NCBI GenBank assembly: GCA_963806225.1
Contig: CAWDXG010000004.1
Location: 3,616,001-3,680,000 of the forward strand
Length of the DNA: 64,000 nt
Reading direction: 5' to 3'
Origin: an uncultured delta proteobacterium
GTDB lineage: Bacteria > Myxococcota_A > Polyangia > Polyangiales > Polyangiaceae
This document shows positions 1-9,994 of this stretch, in pieces. The notes beneath the pieces were generated by a model that searched no databases, had not been told where the DNA came from, and saw only the letters and a list, made by a program, of their open reading frames with translations. Within the stretch, counting starts at the first letter, position 1; each line of letters begins with the position of its first letter. Position numbers and translations under genes: made by a program.

Positions 1-134
1 CGTTCAATCAGGGGGGCGGCCTGGAGCTCGACCGCAGCCCAGGCGAAAACCTATGCGCGGACCGCCGGCCCACCCAACAAGTTCTACCTATCCAGCGGTT
101 TCCGTTGCGCCCGCTCGATGTGAGGACACGCCCG

Positions 135-1208
135 ATGCAAGCCCGAACCTTCTCGCTCACACTGGTCGCCGCGATGCTTCTGATGTGTACCACCGCAACA
201 GCCGCTGGGCCCGGTGACGCACCCGCGAACAACGATGCCGCCGAAGCATCGAACACAAGCAAGGACGCCCAGAACCCAAAGCTCTTGAAGGCGAGGGAGC
301 AGTTCGAGCGCGGCGTCGAGGGGGTCAAGCAGGCGAACTGGGCAACGGCGCTGTCCGCCTTCGAGCAGTCCGCGGCGCTGCGCCCGCACGCAACCACGAC
401 CTTCAACATCGGCGCCTGCGAGCGTGCCATGGGGCGCTATGCGCGGGCGCGCGAGGATTTCCGGGCCGCGCTGGCCCGGAACAACGCCCACGCGGGCGAG
501 CTGGCCGAAAGCCTGGTCAGCGAGGCGCAGGGCTTCGTCGAGGAAATCGACCGCCTGCTCGCGCGCGTGGACGTCACGCTGAAACCGTCGACCGCGGCTA
601 TCTCGGTCGATGGCAGGCCGCTACGCGCCGTCACCGAGCAGGGGAAGACAGTCTGGGTCGGCGGTCTCGAGCAGCCCGGCCGCGGCAGGGTGCTCGGCAA
701 GCCTTCGTTCCGCATGGAGCTGGATCCCGGAGTGCACGTGCTGACGCTTGCACGGAAGGGCTACACCGACGCGGTCGTCAACAGGACCTTCTCGCCCGGC
801 AGCGACACGAGACTGGATCTGGAGCTTGCGCACCTGCCCGCCAGAATCGAGGTCTCGTCGAACGTCCGCGGCGCCATCGTCACGGTGGATCGCCGGGACT
901 TCGGCCCGGTGCCGGTCACCGTGCTCAGGCCCGCCGGCAGCTACCGCGTCGTGGTGACCAAGAAGGGCTACGAGGCCTACGAGGCCCAGGTCGCCGTCAA
1001 GGCGGGCGAGGAGTCGAAGCTCAGGGCACGCCTTGTCGTAGAGAAGACCCCCATCACCAAGCGCTGGTGGTTCTGGACCGGCGCGGCGGCCGTGGTGGCA
1101 GGCGGCGTATTGACGACCTATGCGCTGACGCGGCCCAAGCCGAGCCCGCCGCCCTACGACCGCGGCTCCACCGGCTGGCTCGTCAAGCCAACTGCATTGT
1201 CGTTCTAG
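135..1208 (+). CDS. Secreted TPR + PEGA domain protein with C-terminal hydrophobic segment
   Basis: ATG135 preceded by GAGGA; signal peptide; TPR-like helices (ALSAFEQSAALRPHATTTFNIGACERAMGRYARA); PEGA-like repeats (VSSNVRGAIVTVD, PGVHVLTLARKGY); KRWWFWTG tail. Confidence 0.85.
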   Translation: MQARTFSLTLVAAMLLMCTTATAAGPGDAPANNDAAEASNTSKDAQNPKLLKAREQFERGVEGVKQANWATALSAFEQSAALRPHATTTFNIGACERAMGRYARAREDFRAALARNNAHAGELAESLVSEAQGFVEEIDRLLARVDVTLKPSTAAISVDGRPLRAVTEQGKTVWVGGLEQPGRGRVLGKPSFRMELDPGVHVLTLARKGYTDAVVNRTFSPGSDTRLDLELAHLPARIEVSSNVRGAIVTVDRRDFGPVPVTVLRPAGSYRVVVTKKGYEAYEAQVAVKAGEESKLRARLVVEKTPITKRWWFWTGAAAVVAGGVLTTYALTRPKPSPPPYDRGSTGWLVKPTALSF

Positions 1209-1209
1209 A

Positions 1210-2680
1210 ATGGCAAGCTCGCTCGTCCCCGGCGCTATCATCTCCGAGCGCTACCGTCTCGAACGCCTGATCGGCGAGGGGGGAATGGGGGCGGTGTGGT
1301 CTGCGACGCACCTCATCACGCGCAAGCACGTCGGGCTGAAGTTCCTGAAGGGCGCCGTGATCAGCGAGGCGCTCCTGCGCCGCTTCCTCCGGGAGGCGCG
1401 GGCCGCAAGCGCCGTCAACCATCCCAACGTGCTCGCGGTCCACGACGTGATCCAGCTGCCGGACGGGTTGCCGGTGATGGTCATGGACCTGCTCCACGGC
1501 GAGTCGCTCGCCGAACGGCTGGCTCGCGCGCGGAAGATCCCCCTCGCGGAGCTGGCGCAGATTCTGGTGCCGGTCATCTCTGCGGTCGGGACCGCGCACG
1601 CGGCCGGCATAGTCCACCGCGATCTGAAGCCGGACAACATCTTCCTGCACGTGCGCCCCGATGGTGAAGCGGTGCCCAAAGTGCTCGATTTCGGAATCGC
1701 CAAGCTCAGCTCGAAGGAAGGCGAAGCGGCGGCGACGGCGCACCTGACGCAGACCGGCGCGCTGCTCGGGACTCCCTACTACATGTCGCCGGAACAGGTC
1801 TTCGGCGAGAAGGATCTGGACCAGCGCGCCGACGTTCTGGTCGATGGGCGTCATCCTGTACGAGTGCCTGTCCGGGCAGCGGCCGGTGGAGGGCGAGAAC
1901 TACGGACAGCTCTTCAAGGCGATCGCCACCGGAAGCATCACACCGCTCGAACAGGTCGCACCGGAGCTACCCGCCGATGTCACGCGCCTGGTGGCCCGAA
2001 TGCTGTCTCCGGACCGCGCACAGCGGCCCGAGGATCTGCGGGAAGCCTACGACATCCTCTCCCGCTACAGCTCCACCCGGGCAATCTCGTTCGGAGGCGC
2101 AGCGCCAGCGCAGGTGATCACGTCGTCACCGGACGCGAGCACCGGTCCCGATCTAGCGTTCGAGGCCACAGGCGTCGCTCCAGCCGGTGTCCCCGGAGCG
2201 GAGGTCAGCGCGGCCGGTACGTTCTCGCGGACGTCGACCGCCGCGGGCGAGCGCCTTCGCGTGCCGACCAGGCGGCTCTGGCCGGCCGTCGCAGGGGGCG
2301 CCGTGCTACTTCTCGGCACCATCGCTGGCGGCGCGGTGTGGCTCCGGAGCCGGGTGCCGGCGGCGGCCGCCTCGGCGGAGGCCCCCTCGGACTCCAGCGC
2401 GAACGCCGCTGTGGCAAGCGCCGCGGCGCCGCCCTTGGTCGTGCCCACGACCACCGAGCGCGATGCGGGACCGGACGCGGCGGCTGCCAAGTCGCAGCGC
2501 GACGCCGGCAAGGCAAGCAAGCCGCCCCCGCCACGACGCCACGCGCGGACGAAACCGAGCGCCAAGCGGTCGGCGCCGGTCGCGTCCGCGTCCCGGCCCG
2601 CTGCCACAGCGAGCAGCGCGAACACCGCCGGTGCGCAGCAGAAGCTCCCCGGCAGCGTGGTGGGGAAGGTTCCTTTCTGA
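1210..2680 (+). CDS. Hanks-type Ser/Thr protein kinase with TM segment (one +1 frameshift at ~1835)
   Basis: GEGGMGAVW, HRDLKPDN, DFGIAK, GTPYYMSPEQ. GACGTTCTGGTCGATG restores to DVWSMGVILYECL if one T is removed; continues in ORF 1844..2680. Confidence 0.9.
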
Positions 2681-2772
2681 TTGCGCCCGCGCAATCCCGA
2701 CCCGCGGACCGCCGCTTGCCCGGCCCCTTCCCCTCATGTATCTTCCGACGCCCCCGCACCCAGCCGTCGAAG

Positions 2773-3519
2773 ATGCACAAACCAACGATATCATTGGTGA
2801 TCCCAGCGCTCAACGAGGAGACGGGGATCGTCGCGACCATCCAGCGCGCACCGAAGGACCTGCTGGAGGTGATCGTCGTCGACGGTGGCAGCAAGGACGA
2901 CACCGTCAAGCGCGCCGAGTCGGCAGGCGCCCGGGTGATCGTCGAGCCCCGACGCGGCTACGGCAGAGCGTACAAGGCGGGCTTCAACGCAGCGCGCGGC
3001 GAGCTCATCGCCACGGCCGACGCCGACGGTACCTACCCGGTCGAGATGATCCCGCACGTAGCGGACTTCCTCGAGCGGAAGAAGTTGCAGTTCGTGAGCT
3101 GCTCGCGCTTCCCGCTCGCCGACATGAAGAGCATGCCGGTCATGAACAAGTACGGCAACGTCGGCTTGAGCATGGCGGCGACGCTTTTGTACCTGCATCC
3201 GTTCCGCGACATCTCGTCCGGCATGTGGGTGTTCCGCCGCTCCTTCCTGGAGCAGATGGACCTCGAGACGGAAGGCTGGTGCTTCTCGAACGAGATCAAG
3301 CTGGAGGCGTTCTTCACGCAGCCCGGCAAGTTCGCGGAGTTCGTGGTCCCCTACGACGAGCGCGTGGGGCCCACGCACAACGTCACCATCTGGCGCACCG
3401 GCGTGGAGGTGCTCGGCTTCATGGCGTACAAGCGGCTGCAGCACTTCGTGCGTTCCCGCATCGCGGACCCGAGCCCGGTTCGCCGCGCCCTTGTGCAGAG
3501 CGATGACGACGACGAATAG
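2773..3519 (+). CDS. Glycosyltransferase family 2 (polyprenol-phosphate glycosyltransferase-like)
   Basis: SLVIPALNEE, VVDGGSKD, GYGRA, DADGTY, DISSGM; it is the C-terminal part of the chimeric ORF 1210..3519. Confidence 0.9.
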   Translation: MHKPTISLVIPALNEETGIVATIQRAPKDLLEVIVVDGGSKDDTVKRAESAGARVIVEPRRGYGRAYKAGFNAARGELIATADADGTYPVEMIPHVADFLERKKLQFVSCSRFPLADMKSMPVMNKYGNVGLSMAATLLYLHPFRDISSGMWVFRRSFLEQMDLETEGWCFSNEIKLEAFFTQPGKFAEFVVPYDERVGPTHNVTIWRTGVEVLGFMAYKRLQHFVRSRIADPSPVRRALVQSDDDDE

Positions 3520-4333
3520 CGACGCCGCTGAGTTCTACGACGAGATGTGGCGGAGCTACGCGCATCTCGACGCGGTGAGCCCGGCAGCGTTTCATCGGCG
3601 CCGCGTCGTGGTGCGCCTCGCGGCAAAGGCCGCCCGCGGCGCCCGCGCGATTCTGGACGTCGGTTGCGGGCAGGGCGAGCTGCTCTCGGAGCTGTCCGCG
3701 GCCTTGCCGGGGGCGAGCGTGAGCGGCGCGGATCTGAGCGAGCAGTCGATAGCCGACAGCCGCAAGAAGAACCCGGACTACGACCTTTTCGTGATGGATT
3801 TGACCGATGCCGAATTCGAACGGAAGCACGCCGAACGGCTTGGCAACTACGACCTGGTCGTGTGCTCGGAGGTCATCGAGCACATCGAGGACGACGGGCT
3901 GGCGGTGCGACGCCTGCGCTCGCTGCTCTCACCGGGCGGACACCTGATCATCACGGTGCCCGGGGGCCGCATGTCACGCTTCGACAAGGTCATAGGTCAC
4001 TACCGGCACTACCGGCCACGCGATCTCGAACGGCTGATGCGGACCAATCGCCTCGAGACCGAGCGGGTGCTGGCCTGGGGCTTCCCGTTCCACAACGTGT
4101 ACCGGACGGCGGTGCGGTTCGCATCCATCGCCACCATCCCGGGGAGCTCGAAGCCGAAGCAGGACAAGGCGCAGAGCGGCGTCGTCAGCGGTGTGCTGGG
4201 GCAGGCCTACACGGTGTTCGGCAAGGCGCTCAAGCCGCTCTTCTACTTCAACCTGTCGCGCTGGGGCGAGCAGATGGTCGTCCTGGCGAAGCGTCCACTA
4301 CATGAACGGAGAGCCCATGAACGCGCCGGCTGA
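3503..4333 (+). CDS. Class I SAM-dependent methyltransferase
   Basis: ILDVGCGQG, YDLVVCSEVIEH, LLSPGGHLIITVP, GHYRHY; overlaps GT2 stop. Confidence 0.9.
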   Translation: MTTTNSDAAEFYDEMWRSYAHLDAVSPAAFHRRRVVVRLAAKAARGARAILDVGCGQGELLSELSAALPGASVSGADLSEQSIADSRKKNPDYDLFVMDLTDAEFERKHAERLGNYDLVVCSEVIEHIEDDGLAVRRLRSLLSPGGHLIITVPGGRMSRFDKVIGHYRHYRPRDLERLMRTNRLETERVLAWGFPFHNVYRTAVRFASIATIPGSSKPKQDKAQSGVVSGVLGQAYTVFGKALKPLFYFNLSRWGEQMVVLAKRPLHERRAHERAG

Positions 4334-5105
4334 GGCAAGGACGGTGCTGCTCACGGGCGCCGGGCGCGGCATCGGGCGCGCTGCGGCGCTCGAGCTCGCG
4401 AAGAGCACGAGCCTAGAGCTTCTGCTCGTGAGCCGCAGCGACAACGCACTGGCGACGGCGGAAGCGTGCAACGCCGGACGCGCCGGCGCGGCACAGGGTT
4501 TTTCCTGGGACGTGTCGGAAAGCGGCGAGGCGCGCGAGCGCGTGCTCGAGGCGCTCGCCAAGGCTCCCGGCCCCGTCGCGCTGGTCCACGCCGCAGGCGT
4601 GCTCGGACCGACCGGGCCCTTCGCGGAGAACGCCATCGACGAGTGGTGGCAGGCGATGGAGCAGAACCTCGGCGGCGCGGTGCGGCTCGTCCACGCTGTG
4701 CTGCCGCGCATGATCGCCGACAAGGCCGGCCGCATCGTGCTGTTCGCCGGCGGCGGAGCGGCCTACGGCTACCCGAACTTCTCCAGCTACGGCACCGCCA
4801 AGGCCGCTCTGGTGCGCTTCGCCGAGACGCTGGCGATGGAGCTCGGCGACGCGGGACCCATCATCACGATCATCGCTCCCGGCGCGAACGAGACGGACAT
4901 GCTCGCCGAGGTGCGCAAGGCCGGCGGCTACGTGCGCACCACCGTCGACATCTCGGAGCCGTGCACCGCCGTGCGCCGCCTGCTGACCGAAGATACGCGC
5001 GGCCTGAACGGTCGCTTCATCCACGTGCGCGACGAGTGGACGGCCGAGAGCGCTGCGGCGCTGTCCGAGGACTTCTTCAAGCTCCGCCGCGTCGACGGCC
5101 GCTAG
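4317..5105 (+). CDS. Short-chain dehydrogenase/reductase
   Basis: TGAGRGIG, HAAG, YGTAK catalytic motif, APGANET; GGAGA RBS. Confidence 0.9.
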   Translation: MNAPAEARTVLLTGAGRGIGRAAALELAKSTSLELLLVSRSDNALATAEACNAGRAGAAQGFSWDVSESGEARERVLEALAKAPGPVALVHAAGVLGPTGPFAENAIDEWWQAMEQNLGGAVRLVHAVLPRMIADKAGRIVLFAGGGAAYGYPNFSSYGTAKAALVRFAETLAMELGDAGPIITIIAPGANETDMLAEVRKAGGYVRTTVDISEPCTAVRRLLTEDTRGLNGRFIHVRDEWTAESAAALSEDFFKLRRVDGR

Positions 5106-5160
5106 GCTGCCGCTGACCGCGATCCTTTTCGTACCGGCGCTCTCGCGCTAGACCGGGGCC

Positions 5161-6163
5161 ATGAAGGTGCTGGTCGTCGGACAGGGCTTGATCGGGAAAC
5201 AGCGAGCCGCCGCGCTGCACTCCCACGCGGACGTGGAGCTGGCGGGCACGGTGGACCCCGCGGGGCGCGACGCGGCCCTGTACGGCAGCGCGCCGCACTT
5301 CGAGCGCTTCGAGGACGTGCCAGAGGCAAGCTACGACGCGGCCGTCATCGCGCTGCCGCACGATCTCGCTCCGCCGGTCGCGCGCGCCGTGCTCGGGCAG
5401 GGAAAGCCCATCCTGATCGAGAAGCCGCTCGGTCGCGATCTGGTGGAAGCGCAGTCGATCGTCGACGCGGCACAGGGCGCGAAGCTGCCGAGCTTCGTCG
5501 GCTACAACTATCGCTTCATCCCGAACGTCCGCGCCGCACTGGTCAAGGCACGCGAGGGCGGGCTCGGCAAGATGCGGAGCGTGGATTTCCTGCTCGGCCA
5601 CGGCGGCCACCCGAAGTCGGCCGAAGGCTGGAAGCTCCGCCCCGAGCGCGCCGGTGGCGGAGTGCTGATCGATCCGGGCGTGCACCTGCTCGATCTGCTG
5701 CTGTGCATCGACCCGGAGCTCGAGCTATCGCACGTGGAGGCGACGCGCGGCTTCTGGCCGACGGGCATCGAGGAGGATCTCGGTCACGGTGATGTCGCAC
5801 GGTTCGCTCTTGGCAACCGTGCGCGTGTCGCTGGTGCGCTGGGTGAACACCTTCCGCCTCGAGCTGATGGGCGAGGATGCCTACGCTCTTGTCGAAGGGC
5901 GCGGCGGCAACTACGGCCCGCTCGGTCTGCGCGTCGGCAAGCGCTGGGGCTGGAACGACGGCAGCGGCCGCGCGCAACGCGACACCGAGGAAGTCCGCGA
6001 CCTCGGCGCGAAGGACACGAGCCTCGTCGACGAGCTCGGCGCCGTCGTGGCGCGCTGGACCGGGCAAGGCGCCCCCGATGCGGGCCCGCCACCCGCCACG
6101 CTGGAAGACGGGCTGCGCGTGGCGGAGCTCTGCGCGCGCATGTACGAGCGTCTCGGCACATGA
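5161..6163 (+). CDS. Gfo/Idh/MocA oxidoreductase (one +1 frameshift at ~5782)
   Basis: VGQGLIG, ILIEKP, VGYNYRF, GGGVLIDPGVH; removing one G from CTCGGTCACGGTG joins ORF 5789..6163. Confidence 0.85.
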
Positions 6164-7392
6164 ACGCGCCGGCGGAGTTCCGCTATTTCGAGCGGCTCGA
6201 CCGTCCCGGCGTGCGGCGCCTGCGCGCCGTGTCGCGCGCGCTGTTCGGTGTCGACCCCGCCCCGCCCGACGAGGTCGTTCGCACCTTCGCCTCGATGTAC
6301 TACGACGCCGATCCGCTCGCCGAGGCGTTCGTCGAGGAAGTGCACCTCGGCCGGAGCCCGGCCGAAGGCCGCGAGATGCTCGAGCAGGCGCTCGCCGGCG
6401 GCGTCGCATCCGTGCCCGACGCGCCGGAGTCGCTTCGCCGCCTGTTCGCGGACATCGAAGAGGACCCAGCCTGGGTCGATCACGAGCTGGTCGCGAAGGG
6501 CGCGAGCGTGTTCCGCCGCTACGGCACCGACGTGTTCCGCTTCGCGGGCGCCATCACGCTGACGGCCTACACCGAGAGCTCCGTGGCCAAGCCGCTCGCG
6601 CTCACCGGCGCCTACGCCGGCTCCACGGCACGGCACCGCTTCCTCGAGACCGCCGCGTTCTGGATCTCCGTCTCGGAGCCAGGTGGCCTCGCACCGGGCG
6701 CAGCCGGCCGCGCTTCGGCGCTGCGCGTGCGCGTCATGCACGTCTTCGTGCGCACGAAGCTGCTCGCGCATCCCGAGTGGAAGCTCGACGACTGGGGTGT
6801 GCCCATCAGCCAGGGCGACGCGCTGCTCACGCTGATGGGCGGCAGCTTCGCTCCCGGGCTCGCGCTGTACATGCTGGGCTACCGCACGTCGCGCCGCGAG
6901 ATCGAGGCGCTGATGCACTTCTGGCGCTACGTCGGCCACCTGATGGGCGTGCGGCCCCGCTGGTATCCGGCGTCGCTCGGCGAAGCCGCCCAGCTTTCCT
7001 TCGTCACGTTCCTCAAGGGCGCCCACCGCGCCGGCGAGGACGGCCGCAAGCTGTGCCAGGCCTACGCCTCGGCATTCGCGCCCGAGCCCGGGCTGCCGCT
7101 CGCCCGCCGCGTACGCGAGTCGCTCGCCCACCGCGCGCACGTCGGCACCACGCGCTTCTTCATGCCGCGCTCGGCCTACCGTAGAAACGACCTGCCGCGC
7201 GCCGGCCTGTGGGCGCTCTATCCGCTGGCGCAGGCTCCGTTCATCTTCACTGCCGAGACGCTGCGCCGTGCGTTCCCGCCACTCGAACACGTGGCTGACC
7301 GGATCGCCCGCACGCGCCGCCGGCGCTGGCTCGCGCGCTACATGGGCGGCCGACGCGCCGAGTACCGCCCCGCGGAACGGTTCACCCGCTGA
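6160..7392 (+). CDS. MpaB/Lcp-like (DUF2236) oxygenase family protein
   Basis: DPLAEAF, RFLETAAF, RVRVMHVFVR, WGVPISQGD, HFWRYVGHLMGV; ATGA overlap with upstream stop. Confidence 0.8.
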   Translation: MNAPAEFRYFERLDRPGVRRLRAVSRALFGVDPAPPDEVVRTFASMYYDADPLAEAFVEEVHLGRSPAEGREMLEQALAGGVASVPDAPESLRRLFADIEEDPAWVDHELVAKGASVFRRYGTDVFRFAGAITLTAYTESSVAKPLALTGAYAGSTARHRFLETAAFWISVSEPGGLAPGAAGRASALRVRVMHVFVRTKLLAHPEWKLDDWGVPISQGDALLTLMGGSFAPGLALYMLGYRTSRREIEALMHFWRYVGHLMGVRPRWYPASLGEAAQLSFVTFLKGAHRAGEDGRKLCQAYASAFAPEPGLPLARRVRESLAHRAHVGTTRFFMPRSAYRRNDLPRAGLWALYPLAQAPFIFTAETLRRAFPPLEHVADRIARTRRRRWLARYMGGRRAEYRPAERFTR

Positions 7393-7447
7393 GCGCGAGA
7401 ATTGTCGGGCAGCGCACGCGCGGCTGCGATATGCCTCCCGCGTGGGC

Positions 7448-8077
7448 ATGAACCGCCGCGGCGTCATCCTGGATCGGGACGCGACGCTCATCGACATCGT
7501 GCGCGACGAGGAGAGCGGTGCGCTGTCGGTAGCGTTCCACCCGTCGCACGTCCGCCTGCTGGCCGGCGTGGTCGAGGGCCTGCAGCAGCTGCGCGACGCC
7601 GGCTACGTGCTGTGCATCGCGACCAACCAGCCGGCGCCGGCCAAGGGCCAGTTCTCCGCGGCCGCCGTCGAGCGCACCAACCAGGCGCTGCTCGACCAGC
7701 TCTCCGCCGAAGGCATCTCGATCGCCTCTCTGGAGGTGTGCCTGCACCACCCCGAGGGCGGTCCAGGCGGGGATCCGGCGCTCGTCGGGCCGTGCGAGTG
7801 CCGCAAGCCGAAGCCGGGGCTGCTCCTCGCCGCGATGCAGCACGTTGGACTCACGGCCGCGCACACCTGGATGATCGGGGATTCGGCCTCCGACGTGCTG
7901 GCCGCGAAGGCGGCCGGCGTGCGCTCCGCGCTGGTCTTTCCCCAGAACCGCTGCGAGCTCTGCCCGCTCAAGGGCGGCCCCAGCGTGACTCCAGACCGGG
8001 TGGCATCGCGGCTGGACGAGCTCGCCAAGCTGCTGATCGCCGACGACGGGCTTGTGGAAACGGGCGATCCCCGCTAA
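7448..8077 (+). CDS. HAD-IIIA phosphatase, GmhB/HisB-like (heptose-bisphosphate phosphatase-like)
   Basis: ILDRDATL, IATNQ, CLHHPE...CECRKPKPG, WMIGD. Confidence 0.85.
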   Translation: MNRRGVILDRDATLIDIVRDEESGALSVAFHPSHVRLLAGVVEGLQQLRDAGYVLCIATNQPAPAKGQFSAAAVERTNQALLDQLSAEGISIASLEVCLHHPEGGPGGDPALVGPCECRKPKPGLLLAAMQHVGLTAAHTWMIGDSASDVLAAKAAGVRSALVFPQNRCELCPLKGGPSVTPDRVASRLDELAKLLIADDGLVETGDPR

Positions 8078-8160
8078 TCGCCGCGGTCGCACCCGGCCCG
8101 CTTTGGGCTATGGTTCGTCATCGGGCGGCCCCCGGTGTGCCGCTAGAAGGAGACTCGCTG

Positions 8161-8814
8161 GTGCTTTTTCTCGACAGCTCGGATCCCGCGGAGATCAAGG
8201 AGATCAGCTCGTGGGGCGTCCTCTCGGGCGTGACCACCAACCCGCTCATCATCTCGCGGGAAGCCGGGGACGTGGATCTCAAGCAACGCATCCACGAGGT
8301 CATCAAGGTCTCGACCGGGCACGTGTCGGTGGAGCTGACCACCGAGACCGAGAAGGAGATGCTGGACGAAGCGCTCGGCTACCACGAGTGGAACCCGAAG
8401 CGCATCTGCGTGAAGGTGCCGTTCAGCGAGACGGGGCTCAAGGTGCTGCACCAGCTGGTGCAGAGAGAGGTGCCGACAAACGTCACCTGCATGATGAGCT
8501 TCAACCAGGCGTATCTGGCTGCGCTGGCTGGCGCGACGTACGTGAGCCTGTTCAGCGGGCGCATCCGCGACATGGGCTACGACGTGCGTCCGGTCATCCG
8601 CGAGACGCGCGCCATCCTCGATCGCGAGGAGCTTTCGAGCCGCATCATCGTGGGCTCGGTGCGGCACATGATGGACGTGAACGAGGCGCTGATGGACGGC
8701 GCGCACATCGTCACCGTGCCCCCCCCCATCCTGCGCAAGATGCTCTGGAACCCGCGCACCGAAAGCACCATCCGCGAGTTCAACGACGCCTGGAAGAACC
8801 GCGGCAAGAAGTAA
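8161..8814 (+). CDS. Short transaldolase / fructose-6-phosphate aldolase family
   Basis: LFLDS, GVTTNP, VKVP (Schiff-base Lys), TNVT, YVSLFSGR; AGGAGA RBS before GTG. Confidence 0.9.
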   Translation: MLFLDSSDPAEIKEISSWGVLSGVTTNPLIISREAGDVDLKQRIHEVIKVSTGHVSVELTTETEKEMLDEALGYHEWNPKRICVKVPFSETGLKVLHQLVQREVPTNVTCMMSFNQAYLAALAGATYVSLFSGRIRDMGYDVRPVIRETRAILDREELSSRIIVGSVRHMMDVNEALMDGAHIVTVPPPILRKMLWNPRTESTIREFNDAWKNRGKK

Positions 8815-8844
8815 CGTCGCCCGCACGGCACGCGGCGACGTAGG

Positions 8845-9066
8845 GCGGGGGTTCGCGGGAAGGCGGGAAGGTTTCTGGGGTCGAGAGCTGGCTCGCCCAG
8901 TACCGCTAATCCAGAGACCTACACCCGCGACACGACGGCCAGGCGCGTCGCGACGCGGATCCTCTGGACGAGCCGCACCGCGAGCCCCAGCCCTCGACCA
9001 AAAAAGAGAAAGCCGTCCCCGGATCCGTGAGGAGCGGCTTCCCGCCTTCCTGTGAAAGGACCCCGC
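8845..9066. repeat. ~220-nt nested imperfect palindrome (REP/MITE-like element or structured RNA) between convergent genes
   Basis: GGAAGGCGGGAAG / CTTCCCGCCTTCC; GGTCGAGAGCTGG / CCAGCCCTCGACC; CTCGC / GCGAG; TCCAGAG / CTCTGGA; CGCGAC / GTCGCG, all nested in order. Confidence 0.75.
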
Positions 9067-9088
9067 GAAATGAGTGCGCGACGGCGCG

Positions 9089-9847
9089 CTACAGCTTGCC
9101 GCGTATGGCGTCGTAGCGGAGCTTCCACACCATGCCGATGGCTTCGGCGAAGATGCGGCGGCTCATCTTGCTCTCGCCGGCGCGACGGTCCACGAACACG
9201 ATCGGCACCTCGACCACCTCGAGCCCGCGGCGGAGCGCGCGGTACGTCATCTCGATCTGGAACGAGTAGCCGTTCGACTGCACGCTCGGCAGATCGATCG
9301 CCTCGAGCGCGCGGCGCGTGTAGGCCTTGTAGCCTGTGGTGAGGTCCCGCACGTCGACGCCCAGGATGACCCGTGAGTAGAGCGAACCACCCCTGCTCAG
9401 CACGTGGCGGCCGAGCCCCCAGCCTTCCACGCCACCGCCTTCGATGTTGCGCGATCCGACGACCACGTCCGCGCCCTCTTCGAACGCGCGGAAGAACGCC
9501 GGCAGGTAGTTCGGATCGTGCGAGAGATCCGCGTCCATCTCGAAGAAGTAGTCGTAACCCTCGGCAAGCCCCTTCTGGAAGGCCGACAGATACGCCGTAC
9601 CGAGGCCCTGCTTGCCCTCCCGGTGGAGCACACTCACGCGCGGTTCGTGCTCCGCGATACCGTCGGCGATGCGCCCCGTGCCGTCCGGGGAGTTGTCGTC
9701 CACCACCAGGATGTGCGCTTGCGGCGCCACCTCCAGCGTCGCCCGCACGAACAGCGGCAGGTTGTACCGCTCGTCGTAGGTTGGCGTGACGATCAGGGCG
9801 CGCTCTCCGAGCGGCGCCCGCGGAGGAACGGTGGACGGCGAGGCCAT
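9089..9847 (-). CDS. Polyprenol monophosphomannose synthase (DPM1/Ppm1-like GT2)
   Basis: TPTYDE, VVDDNSPDGTG, GLGTAY, EMDADLSHDP, DLTTGYKAY, GYSFQIEM, DRRAGESKMS. Confidence 0.92.
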   Translation of the reverse strand: MASPSTVPPRAPLGERALIVTPTYDERYNLPLFVRATLEVAPQAHILVVDDNSPDGTGRIADGIAEHEPRVSVLHREGKQGLGTAYLSAFQKGLAEGYDYFFEMDADLSHDPNYLPAFFRAFEEGADVVVGSRNIEGGGVEGWGLGRHVLSRGGSLYSRVILGVDVRDLTTGYKAYTRRALEAIDLPSVQSNGYSFQIEMTYRALRRGLEVVEVPIVFVDRRAGESKMSRRIFAEAIGMVWKLRYDAIRGKL

Positions 9848-9994
9848 GGCGTGCGGAGCACCTATAGCGCGGGCCGGCGCGGAGCGCGCGCCGAAAGGCC
9901 CGCGAATCCGGCTGCCCCGGAAGAGCGGCGTGGTTTCGAGGGGGGCGACAAGTCGTGAGCAGGCGCGGCGCGCTGTGGTACCGTCCGGCTCCAC

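Noticed and set aside
1210..3519. 769-aa kinase-glycosyltransferase fusion
   Set aside because: Artefact of the frameshift at ~1835; the kinase ends at 2680 and the GT2 starts at 2773
5161..7392. 743-aa Gfo-oxygenase fusion
   Set aside because: Artefact of the frameshift at ~5782; two separate genes
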